Shown piece after piece: positions 14,845 through 28,075 of a DNA stretch of 64,000 bases (its first letter is position 1; every line of letters starts with the position of its first letter). The notes beneath the pieces were generated by a model. That model searched no databases, was not told the DNA's origin, and was given only the letters and a program-made list of their open reading frames with translations. The stretch is taken from NCBI RefSeq assembly GCF_009914755.1, contig NC_060927.1. The stretch is one strand, 5' to 3'. The DNA is from the human T2T-CHM13v2.0 reference genome, Homo sapiens. The translations under genes were made by a program, and so were the position numbers.

Positions 14845-15150
14845 GGTTGGGTGTGGTGGCTCATGCCTGTAATTTCAGCATTTTGGGAAGGGGAGAGGAT
14901 TTCTGGAGCCCCAGAGTTCAAGACCACCCTGGGCAACATAGCGAGAGCCCATTTCTACAAAAATTTTTTTAAAAATTAGCTGAGTGTGGTAGCTCATGAC
15001 TGTAGTCCTAGCTCCTCAGTAGGATGAGGCAGGAGGATCACCTGAGCCCAGGAGTTCAAGGTTACAGTCAGCTACGATTATGCCACTGCACTCCAGACTG
15101 GGTAATGGAGCAAGACCCTTTCTCTAATAAATAATAATAATAATAATAAT
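14845..15150 (+). mobile_element. AluJ with (TAA)n tail
   Basis: Dimer with AluJ diagnostics (gagcccaggagttcaaggttacagt). Confidence 0.9.
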
Positions 15151-15156
15151 TACAAT

Positions 15157-15207
<51 letters not shown>
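15157..15207. repeat. (TAC)17 perfect microsatellite
   Basis: Counted directly. Confidence 0.95.
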
Positions 15208-15209
<2 letters not shown>

Positions 15210-15269
15210 AAGCAAAACAAAGAAAGACTGCTTTATAACTTTCCTGGTCTTACTTCTATAGGGTACACC

Positions 15270-15690
15270 TACTATACTAGTTAAAATAATGCTAGATGAA
15301 GTAACAGATGCCTCACCATCCCTTCCTTCACCCAAATCTCGGTGACTAAACACCTTAGAAGTTTATTTCTTGTGTCTTCTCATAGACAATTCAATGCAAA
15401 TCACAAAGGTGGCCTGCTACCTAGTGTCTCAGAGACCCATGCTCTTTCCATTGTGGGGCTCCACTGTCCCATGAGGATCCCAGAGCCCTCTGCATGCAGC
15501 TGGCAAATAGGCAGAGAGAGGGCTGAGAAGGCACCACTGCCTGCCAAGGAAACTCATCCCAGAAGTCACACATATGCCCTCACACATCATTAGTGGAACC
15601 TGAATGCAAGGGAGGCTGGGATGTGCAGTCCAGTGTGAGCCACGTAAGAGGGTGACTATCCTTGGTTCATTGTTGACCACTCTGTCACTC
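15270..15690 (-). mobile_element. MLT1 (J/K-like) LTR
   Basis: aagtttatttctt, cccagaagtcacaca and tgcaagggaggctgggatgtgcagtc motifs. Confidence 0.6.
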
Positions 15691-18600
15691 CCTGCCTTCT
15701 CCCCTCAGTCCACAGTGGCTGAGCAGGGGCTATGTTGATATCATGAACTCATGGAGAGGGGCCTTATGAGACCATGGAGTCCAATCTGCTTTTATTGAAG
15801 TCTTGAATAACGTGACAGGGGCTTCTTTTCCAAGTGTCACTGCCCATAATTTCCATAGATTGTATCCACTATAAATCAAGCCTCTCTGGCTGTTTCAGAT
15901 ATTTCAGTGGAATCTGGTTTTCAAACGGGCTAACTCATTTAGGGACACATTTGCAGATAGTTCTCATTTAATTACAAACATTGTATGACAACAATATATG
16001 GTAACATGTCTCTTACCTGTTAGACTGGGGATTCTTTGAGGTAAGGACACAGTAGAGAACTCTTTATTATAGTTTCTGCTCTTAAGCTGGGGACAAGCAG
16101 AAGCTTGACAGAAGCCAGGTTACAAAAGTGTCCTGGAAGATCAGGAAATGAGGTCCCACTCTGAGATGGGGCAAGCAAACTCTGCTAGTTTCAAGCAAGC
16201 CCACTAAAGCTGTGTTTACAAGATTATAACTTGTTTTTACAAATCTGTATTCATTACAGACACATGTAATTGCAGATGAGCACTTCTGTGCAGTCTTCTC
16301 CAGGTTGAACACTTGACCTCTGTTTTATTTCAGAGATCCAGAATGGCTTGCTGACCTCACCTCTATCTGTGGATGCTCCTCCCTCTAGTGATGGCTATCT
16401 TTCCCTTCTCTGAATATGTGCCTCAAAGCGCTGCGAGGTTCCTGTTCATCAATTCTAAAGGAGTTGCTCTCAACTCTCTACCACACTGGAAAGTAGCTAG
16501 AAAACTCTTGTTTGCCAGGAAAATAACAAAAATAACTGTGCTAAGGGTAAAGACAATTACCTTTTCAAGAGTGTCTGTGTATTAAGGAGTGTTTGTACCC
16601 AAAGAAAGATCTCTAGTGGTAAAATTTTAGAAACTAATGATGACTTTCAGGGAAGACCCAAAAGACAGAGATGCTTTGAGGTGGAATGGCACACCCATAC
16701 TCTTCAATTACCTTAGAATGGTAGCTTTTGGTCCGCCCACATCTAAGACTGGACCTGGGAAAGAGATACAATCCTGGCTTGAATCTCAGCCTCCAAACCC
16801 AAAAATGCTCTTGGGCTTGTCAAAAGCCCTACAAAACCTAACTTCTACTTATAGATCAATTATTGTACCCATCGTGAAGACTCAGTGATCTTTTCAAAGA
16901 GTAATTCCCTGTATGGATATATTCTTAATAGAGATTTTGGGATAGAAAGTCTTCAGGGCAGTATTCATAATCAACTTTCTTATTGTAAGAGAGCTGACTG
17001 TCAAGACTGTTGTTTGAAAAAATATTTTAGAAGGTCTCAAATCAAACTGTATAATCAGCACTCATGTTTTATGCAAATTAGAAGATATATTCTTATACTG
17101 CATCACAGGATCTAATCATCCTAGCACATCACTCAGAGAAAGCATATGCCAACCAAAATTTAGAACAATAATTCACAGTCCATGGAATAGTGCATCACCA
17201 CAGATTAGACTTGTTATAAATTTATAATGATTTCATATAAAAACATTACATTTTAATAGTTTGAAGAAATGACAGGGTAGGGCTGGTATAAATGTTTAAC
17301 TAGCACTGTCTCATATTTTATACTGTTTATTTCATTACTGGATATGCTAAAGTGAAAGAGCTAGCTTAAAAATGTCATCAAATTCAAAACAGAAAACTTG
17401 AGAACAAATACTCTATGCAAACCATTTTTCTAGCCTGAAGGATATCCCACAGCCTCTTTCAGATAAGCACCTGGATATGTAACTATCACAAAATTATAAC
17501 TTATTTAAATTGTTTATCATTCTGACCTTGGTGAGATGAAAATAGGTCATAGCCCTTGTAATTAAATTTGTTTCCATATTTGAGGCTGCCACAGAGAAGC
17601 CCTGTCCCCTGTGTTCTCCCTGCCAAACTGCTCTTTGGCTCTTCTGTGACTTTACATGCTTCTATAAAGGACAGAGGATCACTCAAAACACATCTAGTCC
17701 TATTAATATGAGATTGAGATGTGGCAGTCCTTGGGATACGCCAGACGCATAGACGAGACCTGAAGCTGCCTGGCAGGAATGCATTTGATTTGTCACTGTC
17801 AGGTGTATATCATCTCTTGCCGTTTATCTTGATAGTCTCTCCTGTCTCCAAATTCTCAGTGACTGTTCTTCTCTAATACAATCACTCACAGAGGTCTGAG
17901 GATATGGTGGCATCCCAAATCACAGCATCAGGAACCATATCCTTACTACTTATTAAGTGTAGCTTAACCAGACTAAACATTCCACGCCTCACAAGCCAGT
18001 GCAAAAAGGCAGTTGTGGGACAGGTACAGTATGATTCCTTTTTCTAAGATATATTTTTTTTAACATTTTCACTCATTGCTGTAATGCTTTGTTTTCTCTA
18101 AAGGTTATATGTTACCTGCACAATCAGAAAATTAAAATAAAGATTTAATTTTGCTAAGAAAATGGATGTTCTTCTGGTTAGGATGTTTCACAGGGAAGAC
18201 AGAATCAGAGTGGAAGCTGAAACCAGGCAAAGCCCATCAGGGCCAGGTGTCTGGGGAGCAGCTTCAAGGGAGAGAAAGGAGTGAAGGGAAGAGGGAAGCC
18301 TGAGAAGTGGGGTGCAAGGAAGAATGAGGCCTAGTAGTTCAGGCAGCAGGTTGAAAACACCTGCTCCCCACACCTGCACATGAAATAGGTGAAATAGAGA
18401 GGCTCAGGTCCATGCTCTGAGGAAGGCAAAAGGTATGATAGTGAGTCACAAGCAAGAATTTGGGGTGTGGAATCTCGACTCTAAGCCCTTTCCACTTTTC
18501 AGGCATCTTCTGCAACCACTGGAGGGTGTTGGACCCCAGAGTAAAGCAGTTGTTTTATTTGGAGATTAAAGGCAATAATCACCCTAGAAGCTTGGACTAT

Positions 18601-19314
18601 GTGAGGACATTTGGGTAAACATTCGATCTTCACATTAATCTATGAAGCAGATGTTACAATCTCCAGCTTTTGATAAAGAAAATAAATACTTAAGGAAGTT
18701 AATTAATTTGTCCCAGGTTTCCCAGTGTAGAGTGGAGACTTCAACCTAGACTCAACATGAAAACCTTGCCTCCTCAAGAAAGATATCATAGGAAGAATAA
18801 GTGACAGTCCAAGTCAGCAGCCTCGATCCAACTGTGAGGATGTGTTCATGGCGTGTGGGGTAGAACGCTCTCCGGAGTGCTCGGCTGGCAGGAACACCCC
18901 ACAGCCTAAGAGTGGGTGGGAGCCAGAAGATGTAATTATAGATTGCATGTGGTCTGCTTCCCGCGGTGTCAGTTTCTGAGAGTGGGACACCAGGATCTCA
19001 CAGTTAAACAGGGTGGAGCTGAGAGATCCTTGGCACTGGAGACTGTCATCTGTGTTTGCTCACTGCCATTTGTCGCACACCTAGTGCAGAGCCTAGCACA
19101 GAGTAGGGCTCAGAACATGTTTGTCGAACACATTCATGAAATGGTAACAGCTCAGCATAGGTATAGGTCTACTGCCTGCCAATCTGATGCTGTCCCCTCC
19201 CACTTACGCTGTACCTCCAAAAGGAGACATGTAGATTTGATGTAAGCTCACTTAATTCAACCTACTGTGGCAGGAGTCACGGAGGATCCAAAGATGAACA
19301 AAAATATTACAACT

Positions 19315-19570
19315 AACACTTAGCATCTATCGTGTGCTGGGCACTGCTCTAATTGCTTTTACAGAAATAACTCATCTGGTCCTCACAATAGCCTCATGTA
19401 TAAAAAGAGAAAACTATTAGAAACCCATTCTACAGATGAAGAAATTGGAGGCACAGACAGGTTAAGTGACCTCTCTAAGGTCAGAGTGCCAGTAAGTGCT
19501 GGAGGCAGGTTCAAACTTGGCAACTTTGGCTCCAGAACTTGTGCTGTTCACCATTACACCACACTGCCTC
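19315..19570 (-). mobile_element. MIR
   Basis: cccattctacagatgaagaaattggaggcacagacaggttaagtgac core. Confidence 0.8.
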
Positions 19571-19694
19571 TCACATGATCTCTAGCTACAGGACATTGGA
19601 GGGCAAACACACCACAATGGAGTGGGCTCCGCAGAACAGATTGTGGCTCAAGCCCATTCCAGAGAGGAGCAGGTGCATACTTTACAAAAACTAC

Positions 19695-22600
19695 TCATTT
19701 ATTTAAACAAACCATATCCCTAGTACAATTATAGGTGTTAGGTATATAGCAATGAGGATAAGAATGTACAAATTCATTATCTATGTAGTGCCTGTATATC
19801 AGAGGGGCAGATAAACAACAGAAAATAAACAAGCAAATAGGCAAAACACAATAAGAAAAGACAGTAAGTGTAAAGGGGATAAAGCAAGCTAAATCAGCAG
19901 GCAAAGGATGCAGAGGCAGAGAAAGGGGCGCCTGTTCCTGCAGGCTGGTCAGGGAAGGCCTCTCTGACAGGGTGACATGTGAGTAAAGACCTGAAGGAAG
20001 GAAAGGAGGAAGCTATGCAGTTATGTGGAAGAATCTTCCAGAAAGAGGGCAGAGCACATAAAAAGGCCTAGGGGTACAAGTATACTTGGTGTGCCTCAAA
20101 AACAGCAAGTGCATCACGACTGGAGTGAGCAGGAAGAAAAGTGGCCAGAGAGGAGGTGAGACGTGTAGGTAGTGGAGACTGACTGCAGGGGCCTCAAAGA
20201 TGAGGGAGAACTGGATTTTACTCCGAGATGGACAGCCAGTCCACGGCTTGCATGCCATAAACTTACTTAGGTTTTCAGAGGATGGCTCTGGCTGCTGTGT
20301 TGAGAATGAACTGGGGTGGGGGTGAGGGGCAATGGTGGAAGCAGGAAGACAAGGCAGTTACAATAAACCATGTGTGGGGTGACGGATTGGGTGGAGCAGT
20401 GGAGGTGGTAAAAATGATCAGATTCTTCACATACGTTGAAAGTAGGGCCAACAAAATGGGTTGGTAAACGGGGTGGAGTGTGAGAGAGGGAAGGGTTAGA
20501 GATGACTTGTTCCCTCACTCCCTTCAGGCCTCTGCTCAGAGTTCACCCTACTGAAGAAGCAGGACTTGCTGATGCAAGGTCTGACTTGGGAAACTTGAAG
20601 CTGCCATGACTAAGGCGAACAGGAGTGAGGGAGGAACAGGCCTGGGGAGGCCATGAGAAGCCTGAGGTGCCAATGAGCCAAGTGGGCGAAGATGTGGAGC
20701 ATGCAGCTGACTCCGTCAGACTCGAGTTCAGGCTCTGGGTGGGCTGAAGGTACAAATACAGAGGCCCAACTGTAAAGATGATAGAAAAAGCTAGAAATTG
20801 GATGAGCTCCCCTAGGGAGCAAACCCAGATGGAGAGGAGTAGCAGTCTTAGGACCCAATCTTCAGGCAGGCACTGCAACGTTTAGAGACACCAGCCACAG
20901 AGATTGAGCTGAACGGTCAGTGTGTCGGGAGAAGCAAGAGGGTAGGGTGTCCCAGAAACCAAGGGAGAGAGTGTTCCTGAAGCAGGAGTCACTGGCTGTG
21001 CCAAAGGCCAAGTCAGCCAAGGACTAAGAACTGATCATTCACTAGTCACCAGCAAGAGTTGCAGGTACAGATGCTCAGCTAGCTGGAGACAGTGAGTCTA
21101 GACAACTCTCCCAAGAAGTTTTGTTGGGAAGGCAGGTAAGGAAATGGGGCAGAGTTAGACAGGAATGTGGATCTGGAGAGGCTTTTATTTTCTTTTTTAA
21201 AGGTGGGTGATATCCATATACAAAAATCAACTCAAGATGGAGTAGAGACTTAAATGTAAAACCCAAAACTATAAAAACCCTAGAAGAAAATCTAGGCAAT
21301 ACCATTCAGGACACAGGCATGGGCAAAGATTTCATGATGAAAATGCCAAAAGCAATTGCAACAAAAACAAAAATTGACAAATACGATACAATTAAACTAA
21401 AGAGCTTCTGCAGAGCAAAAGAAACTCTCATTAGAGTGAACAGACAACCTACAGAAAGGGAGAAAATTTTTTCAAACTATCCATCTGACAAAAGTCTAAT
21501 ACCCAACATCTACAAGGAACTTAAACATTTACAGGAAAAAAAACCCATTAAAAAGTGGGCAAAGGATATGAACAGACACTTCTCAAAAGAAGGCATATAT
21601 ACAGCCAACAAACATGAAAAAAAGCTCAACATCACTGATCATTAGAGAAATGCAAATCAAAACCACGATGAGATACCATCTCATGCCAGTCAGAATGGCT
21701 ACTATTAAAAAGTCAAAAAACAACAATGCTGGTGAGGTTGTGGAGAAAAAGGAATGCTTTTATACCGTTGGTGGGAGTAGAAATTAGTTCAACTCATTGT
21801 GGAAGACAGCGTAGCAATTCCTCAAAGACCTGGAGGCAGAAATACCATTTAACCCAGCAATCCTATTAGTGGGTATATACCTAAAGGAATAGAAATCATT
21901 GTTATAAACATACATGCACGTGTATGCTCACTGCAGCGCCATTCACAATAGCAAAGACATGAACTCAACTTAAATGGCCTATCAATGATAGACTGGATAA
22001 AGAGAATGTGGTACATATACACCATGTAATACTATGCAGCCATCAAAAGGAATGAGATCAAGTCCTTTGCAGGGACATGGTTGGAGCTGGAAGCCATTAC
22101 CCTCAGCAAACTAACACAGGAACAGAAAACCAAATACCACGTGTTTTCAATTATAAGTGGGAGCCTGAACGATGAGAACACATGTACACACGAAGGGGAA
22201 CAACACACATTGGGGCCTGTCAGAGGGTGAAGGCTGGAAGGAGGGAGTGCATCAGACAGAACAGCCAGCAGATGCTGGGCTTAATACCTAGGTGATGGGA
22301 TGATCTGTGCTACAAACCACCATAGCACACGTTTACCTATGTAACACACCTGTACATCCGGCACATGTACCCCTGAACTTGAAATTAGAGTTGGAAATCA
22401 AAAAAAAGGAAGGAAAAAAACAGATGGGTGATATATATCAGCATATCATATTCTGATGGGAAAGACCCAGGAAGGGGCGCTTTGATGACGCAGGAGAGAG
22501 AAAGGGGAGATCTGCTATGGGATGTCCTTGAGCAAGCAGGAAAAGTGAGACCTGGTGCAGAAGCTGAGGGCTCAGCCTCAGGGAGGAGTTGGCCCCTCCA

Positions 22601-22735
22601 GTAAGAGGGAACAGCAGCCTTGTGGCACAGGTGCAGGCAGTTGGCAGATATTGGGGAGAGAATCTGAGGTGTTCTCTCCTTATCTGTTTCCTCAGTGACA
22701 TATGAAGGTCATCAGCTGAGAGAGAAGATGATAGG
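19695..22735 (-). mobile_element. Long L2 element, split by an L1PA16 insertion
   Basis: tcatttatttaaacaa terminus; ggtcagggaaggcctctctgacagggtgaca and ctggctgctgtgttgagaatgaact; resumes after 22434. Confidence 0.75.
21214..22421 (+). mobile_element. 5'-truncated L1PA16-like LINE-1 nested in L2
   Basis: ORF 21319-21645 is ORF2p C-terminus (MGKDFM...); TSD AG(G/A)TGGGTGATAT (21201-21213, 22422-22434). Confidence 0.9.
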
Positions 22736-23974
22736 CTTAAAAATCTTTTATAAGATTTTAAATAGGAAATGGCAAAGTTAGATCTGATTGAGAAAACTCC
22801 AATTTGATAAGATAAAACCCAGGAAAAAATACACAAAATTAACAAAAAATATGAATTCCTTACCCTATTGTTTGAAAAGTGCTCTTGGACACAAACTCAT
22901 CTTCTCCTAGGATCAGGCCTGACAGTGGGCCATTCTTTGTGGAAGCAGCTGACTAAATCCAGAACTTGTTGGACATACAAATAAAACTGTTTAGAACTTT
23001 GAAAGCTATACAGTTAAAAGTACATCATTTGGAGATTATTTTATATCACAACACTACTATGAGATAAGTTTTCATATCCCGATGTGACTGACTAGAACCT
23101 TTTTTTAAAGCAGCATTTTATTGGGTGGTGGTTACACAAGTCTTTATTATTTTGTTTTCTGCACATTTTTGCATGAGTATGAAATATTCATAATAATAAA
23201 ATGGAGCATCTTACTCTAATTTTGATATGATGAATTTTCATTCAATGCAAGTAAAATCTTTAAAGATAGACTAGAATTTTGGTATTGTTTCTAGGGAAGT
23301 CAGCTGTTTTTGTATCTGTCATTATGAAGTAAGAGCTTCAGCAGGCTTGTAAAACAAGATAATTGAGGCTTTACTTGATGTTCTGCTGTTTATAATATCA
23401 TGTGGGTCACTGTATTTTCAGAAAGGCATTCTAAACAGTTGAACAAAGATTAATTTGTGGAGGGAAGAGTTTTGCTGATAAAGCTTATCTTACTGCCCTC
23501 TGCTTCCTGAGAGTATCATTGGTCAAATACCTCAATTAACCAGAAGAGCCCACTTTTCAGTTGTGTCAGACAGCACAGGGTTAACTATCATAAGACAGTT
23601 GAGTCTAGCAAGTTTATTTCAGGTGTGAAAACCTACAGGCATAGACTTGTGGCTTAAAGACACAAAAAATGCAACTTCTCCAGTGTAGTGTTGACTGGAG
23701 TATTCAGAAAGTTACTAGGTATGATGATGCTATATTATTCTGGAATTTTTTTTAGAACAAAGACAATTTTAACAGAAAAGGTAGAATTCATATTTGTGAC
23801 TGAAATAGAGACTGACATATTGAAGCTATTGATAAAGCAGAGATTGGTTAAGAACATTCGAATCAGCAACACATTCCTAAAAATAGATCCCTAGAGGATT
23901 TTGCCAACTCTTCATATACTAGGGTATCATATACAGTATACATGTATCATATACAGTATATACAATGATGATGA

Positions 23975-24170
23975 TGGTTAAACTGTCAAGCTAAAATATC
24001 TAGCTTCAAATCCTGGCTCCACCACTTACTCAGCCATCCTCTTATGCCTCAGATTTTATAACTCTAAAATGGGGTTAATAGTATCTCCTCTCATTAGGTT
24101 GTTCTAATATTATCCACATCAATGACTCAGTCAGTGACCAGCCCAGAGACAGCAAACACTCAATACATGG
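23975..24170 (+). mobile_element. MIR
   Basis: ttcaaatcctggctccaccacttact...gcctcagattttataactctaaaatgggg. Confidence 0.7.
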
Positions 24171-25388
24171 GTAGATTTTACATCATTATTAAGACAAAGG
24201 TCAAACAGTAACTTTGAAGAAAACTGTTTCCCAGTCTATAGAGTCATCTGATTAACAGTCGGTGACAATAACCAGAACATCTCTGGGATAAGCACTTAGC
24301 AACAGAGAACATTCCAGCTTCACGACAGCTCAGAAGCTCAGGAGACCCAGGCACCAAGAGAGCAGAGCCCTGATCTGGCTGCACTGTTCCTGGAAAGTTT
24401 CTGTGCAGTGATGCAGTCTCCAGTGTCATTTGTTGCAGCTGAGGCCTCGCCAGCAGGCTGGCTATTCTCCAGCCTTTGTAATGGTAATGGAGGGAGGAGA
24501 CCTGCAACTTTGCAGTGGACTCTCTGAGCCACACTGCCTATCCCTACAATGCCCCAAGGTCACTGAAGAGAGAATACCAGAGGCTCCAGCTCTCAGTGGC
24601 CATGCAATTAAGCCTAACAAGGCATAAGGAGCTCCCCGGGGGGCACATAGAGATGCCCACAGTAATTGGCAATGGTCCTCTGGTCCCCCAGGGGCTGAGG
24701 ATTATCTGTTAGCAGCAGGGAAGGGACAGGGAAGGGTCAAGACTTTGAGGGAGGCCAGATGGGATCACCTATCTTCATGCATAAGTCATGAGCAGCTCTG
24801 TTGACTGCTCTGTGCTCTCCTGAGTCAGACACAGCAAGGCAGATGCCTGGTTTGGCGAATCAGGAAAAAGAGGCTTCCTCTGTGCTGGGAGGTTCTGGCC
24901 TGGGATAGCTCCCTACCTCTCTGTGTGGCTCCAATAAAGCTGACTTCACAGCTCTGGTTCTTGCTGAGGCAAGCAATAAAAATGTGTGCATTATGCAGTG
25001 TACATTCTAGTTCACCCAACACTGAACCCCTCAGCAGAAGGTGTGTACCACTGACAGGAAGGGTGTGCATGATCAAACAGAAATGGGCCTTTACTAAAGA
25101 AATAGGATGAAAATTTGTAATATAGTAGGGATATTCCACACATTTAAGATGACAACTGCCATTTCCAAAGTATATATCTGTGGGCATGGGCATGCATATA
25201 TGCATTTGTCTTTTCTTGATGGCTTTCTCTGTGACAAGCACTATGACAAACACTTTGAATATCTATCTGCTGTAATCTTCATAAAAGGGCCCTATCAGGT
25301 AAACTACCATTCAGTTTTGAGATGTTAAGGGATGTGTCCAAGGAAGGGACAGAGTGAAGATTTGAACCCTCCATCCAAATTCTCTCTC

Positions 25389-25693
25389 TTTTTTTTTTTC
25401 TGTAGATACAGGGTCTCACTCTGTTGCCCAGGCTGGAGTGCAGTGGTGTGATCTCAGCTCACTGCAGCCTTGACCTCCCCAGCTCAAGCTATCCTCCCAC
25501 TTTCAGCCTCCTGAGTAGCTAGGACTACAGGCATGCGCCACCACCCTCAGCTAATTTAAAAATATATATTTTTTGTAGAGACAAGGTCTCAAAATGTTGC
25601 CCAGGCTAGTCTTGAGCTCTTGGGCTCAAGTGATCTTCCTATCTTGGCCTCCCAAAGTGCTGGGATTATAGGTGTGAGCTGCTGCACCCGGCC
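25389..25693 (-). mobile_element. AluJ
   Basis: Dimer with cactgcagccttgacctcc and ggctcaagtgatc diagnostics. Confidence 0.9.
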
Positions 25694-26339
25694 CAAGCCT
25701 CTTCTCTTAATCCAGTCACTGGTGATTAACTATCCGGAAGGGCTCACTCAATACTCCCCACTCTACCTCCTGCCCATTTCCTGACCTTTGCCCCTGAACT
25801 GATTGATCAGCAACAACACTGGCCCACCTGCCCTCCACCAGGCCCTGTGCTGCGCCCCTTGCATGTTACATTATTAAGGCATCAGTATGTAAATATTGTC
25901 ATTTTAACAGAGAACAAAACTCTTGTACTGTTTTGGCTAGCCTGTTTCACAGGTTTATTAAATCAATATTTTTTTTTCCTGGTATTTCTCTTCTACTGCT
26001 GCTCAAAGTCTCTCCATTTGTGAATTCTTTACTAGATAAATGAGACTTTAGAGGCAAGAGACCATAAACATATGCCAATGCTGAATGTTATCATTATCAT
26101 TTAATAAGGAAAAATTAAAGAAATAGAAAGATTTTCCCAAGTGGATGTTAGCAGGCCTTCTAGAAATACACAAACAAACACAAATTGGAGTTCCAGTCCT
26201 CTTTCCAGCAAACATAACTGAAAATATATGGAACTGGCTAGAGACAGACTAGATTCGGAAAAGTGAAACTCTCAGATACAAATCTTTTTTACGGCTTCAA
26301 TAATCACCCTTCTGGATTGTTCAGGAGCCTTCTCCAGAG

Positions 26340-26503
26340 CAGCATTTCTCAAAAGATATGCATATGAATCATCTGGGGGATCTCATTAAAATGCAGATAC
26401 TGATTCTGCAGGCAAGGGGTGGGGCCTGAGATTCTGAATTTCAAATAGGCTCCCAAGTAATGATTTGGCTGCAAGTCTGAGACCAAATTTTGAATAGCAA
26501 GGG
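26340..26503. mobile_element. MER5A (hAT-Charlie)
   Basis: gaatcatctggggga...aaaatgcagat...ggggtggggcctgagattctg...ctcccaagt. Confidence 0.8.
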
Positions 26504-26964
26504 GCTAGAGGTCCTGTCATCTCCATCACAAAAACTATCCCAGAGATGGCAGTATTTCAGCATTTTTACTACACTCAGGATTCTGAATCCAGAAGTTCTG
26601 TTTGCCAGATAATCTCAATATCTGGTGTGGAAAATCTGGCTGTCTTACCAGGGCATGCCATGAATGAGTGTTTCTTCACATCACAGTAAACAGTAACACT
26701 TGCCTCATTTAAGAAAAAGAAGAAGGGGATAAACAAAATTTGACAATATTTGGTAGCCTTCACAATCTTGAAGTTTGATGAAATTTTAATGAAGCAAATA
26801 CGAAATAGTCTCAAATAACCAGCAGATATTTTTCATGTCCTAATGTTTTGCAATTCTGTGGGCAAAAAGTATTATGTATCTGGAAAATAAGACAACTAAT
26901 GTTTTTGCTGCAGCCAGAAAATTAATATAACATAGGAATAAAAATGATGATAATGACAACAGCA

Positions 26965-27195
26965 ATTAATAGTTTCAAGCACTTATGCTCCAGGCACATG
27001 CTAAGCACTTTGCTTACACTATATCTCATTTAATCCTCATAACAATTTTATGGTAGAAATATCATTATGTCTAGTTTTTTATGATAGAAAACTGAGACTC
27101 AGTGAAGATAGGTTACTTGCCCAATTATTTACCAAATAAAAGTGAGACTGGAACCCAAGGCTGCCTAACCCCCAAGCCCCTGCTCTTCACCATTA
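26965..27195 (-). mobile_element. MIR
   Basis: ctcatttaatcctcataacaa...aaactgagactcagtgaag. Confidence 0.75.
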
Positions 27196-28004
27196 CGTTA
27201 AATGAGTGTTTCATTGCAAATACAGAAGCAGCACCTTGTAAGAATTAAATTTCACCTACCCCAATGGAAAGACAACTACATCATAAGGCCATATCAAATA
27301 AACTACAGACTTAAAAAAAAAAGTTAAGATGACTGATTTTCTTGATTAAAGACATAAATCAAGTTGGTTAAAATCAAATACTCCAGATTGCAAAGTTAAT
27401 TGTTCAAAAACCATTTGGATAGATTCACTACTTTCCTCAACAAAGGGTGATCTGTTAATTATATGTACTGAAAGGCTGCACAGGTTAAATCCTCCAATCC
27501 ACAAAGACAGGACAGTCTCACAAACCAGGCTAATAATGGCACCATTTCAAAAGCTGGGGATGTCCTCAAAGCAAACAGCAAGTAGCACTCCAGGTGTTCG
27601 TTCAGCTCCCCATAGCAGACAGCCCTGGGCAACACAGAAGGAATCCCAGCCAAAGGGCTTCCTGGCTTCACTATAGGTGCAATTCACTTCTTGAATTCCT
27701 CTAAAAACTTACTTCAGTGGAAAACCAAGGCACACACATTTGCAGTGGTTCTCACCAAAGAGGGACAACCACTTAGGTGAAATATGAGGGAAAGTAGGTA
27801 AGATGGTCTTTAATTTATATATTATGATATTGGAAATATAATTCCCTAGAAAATATGTGCTTCTGAGAGTAACAGCATACATTTTATGTTTTAACAGTCC
27901 TATACAATTATATTTATTTGATCTAAGTAAATATGTAATAATATCCAGTTCAATTGATTCTACAAATGAAATGCCCCAAACACCTGTATTTGGAAAATAT
28001 GGCT

Positions 28005-28075
28005 ACACACACACACACACACACACACACTTTATCTATATACCTATTATGTATATATACACACACACACATACA
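28005..28075. repeat. (CA)n/(TA)n microsatellite cluster
   Basis: Read directly from sequence. Confidence 0.9.

Noticed and set aside
23924-23960. 20-bp direct repeat
   Set aside because: Two copies only; simple slippage, not an array.
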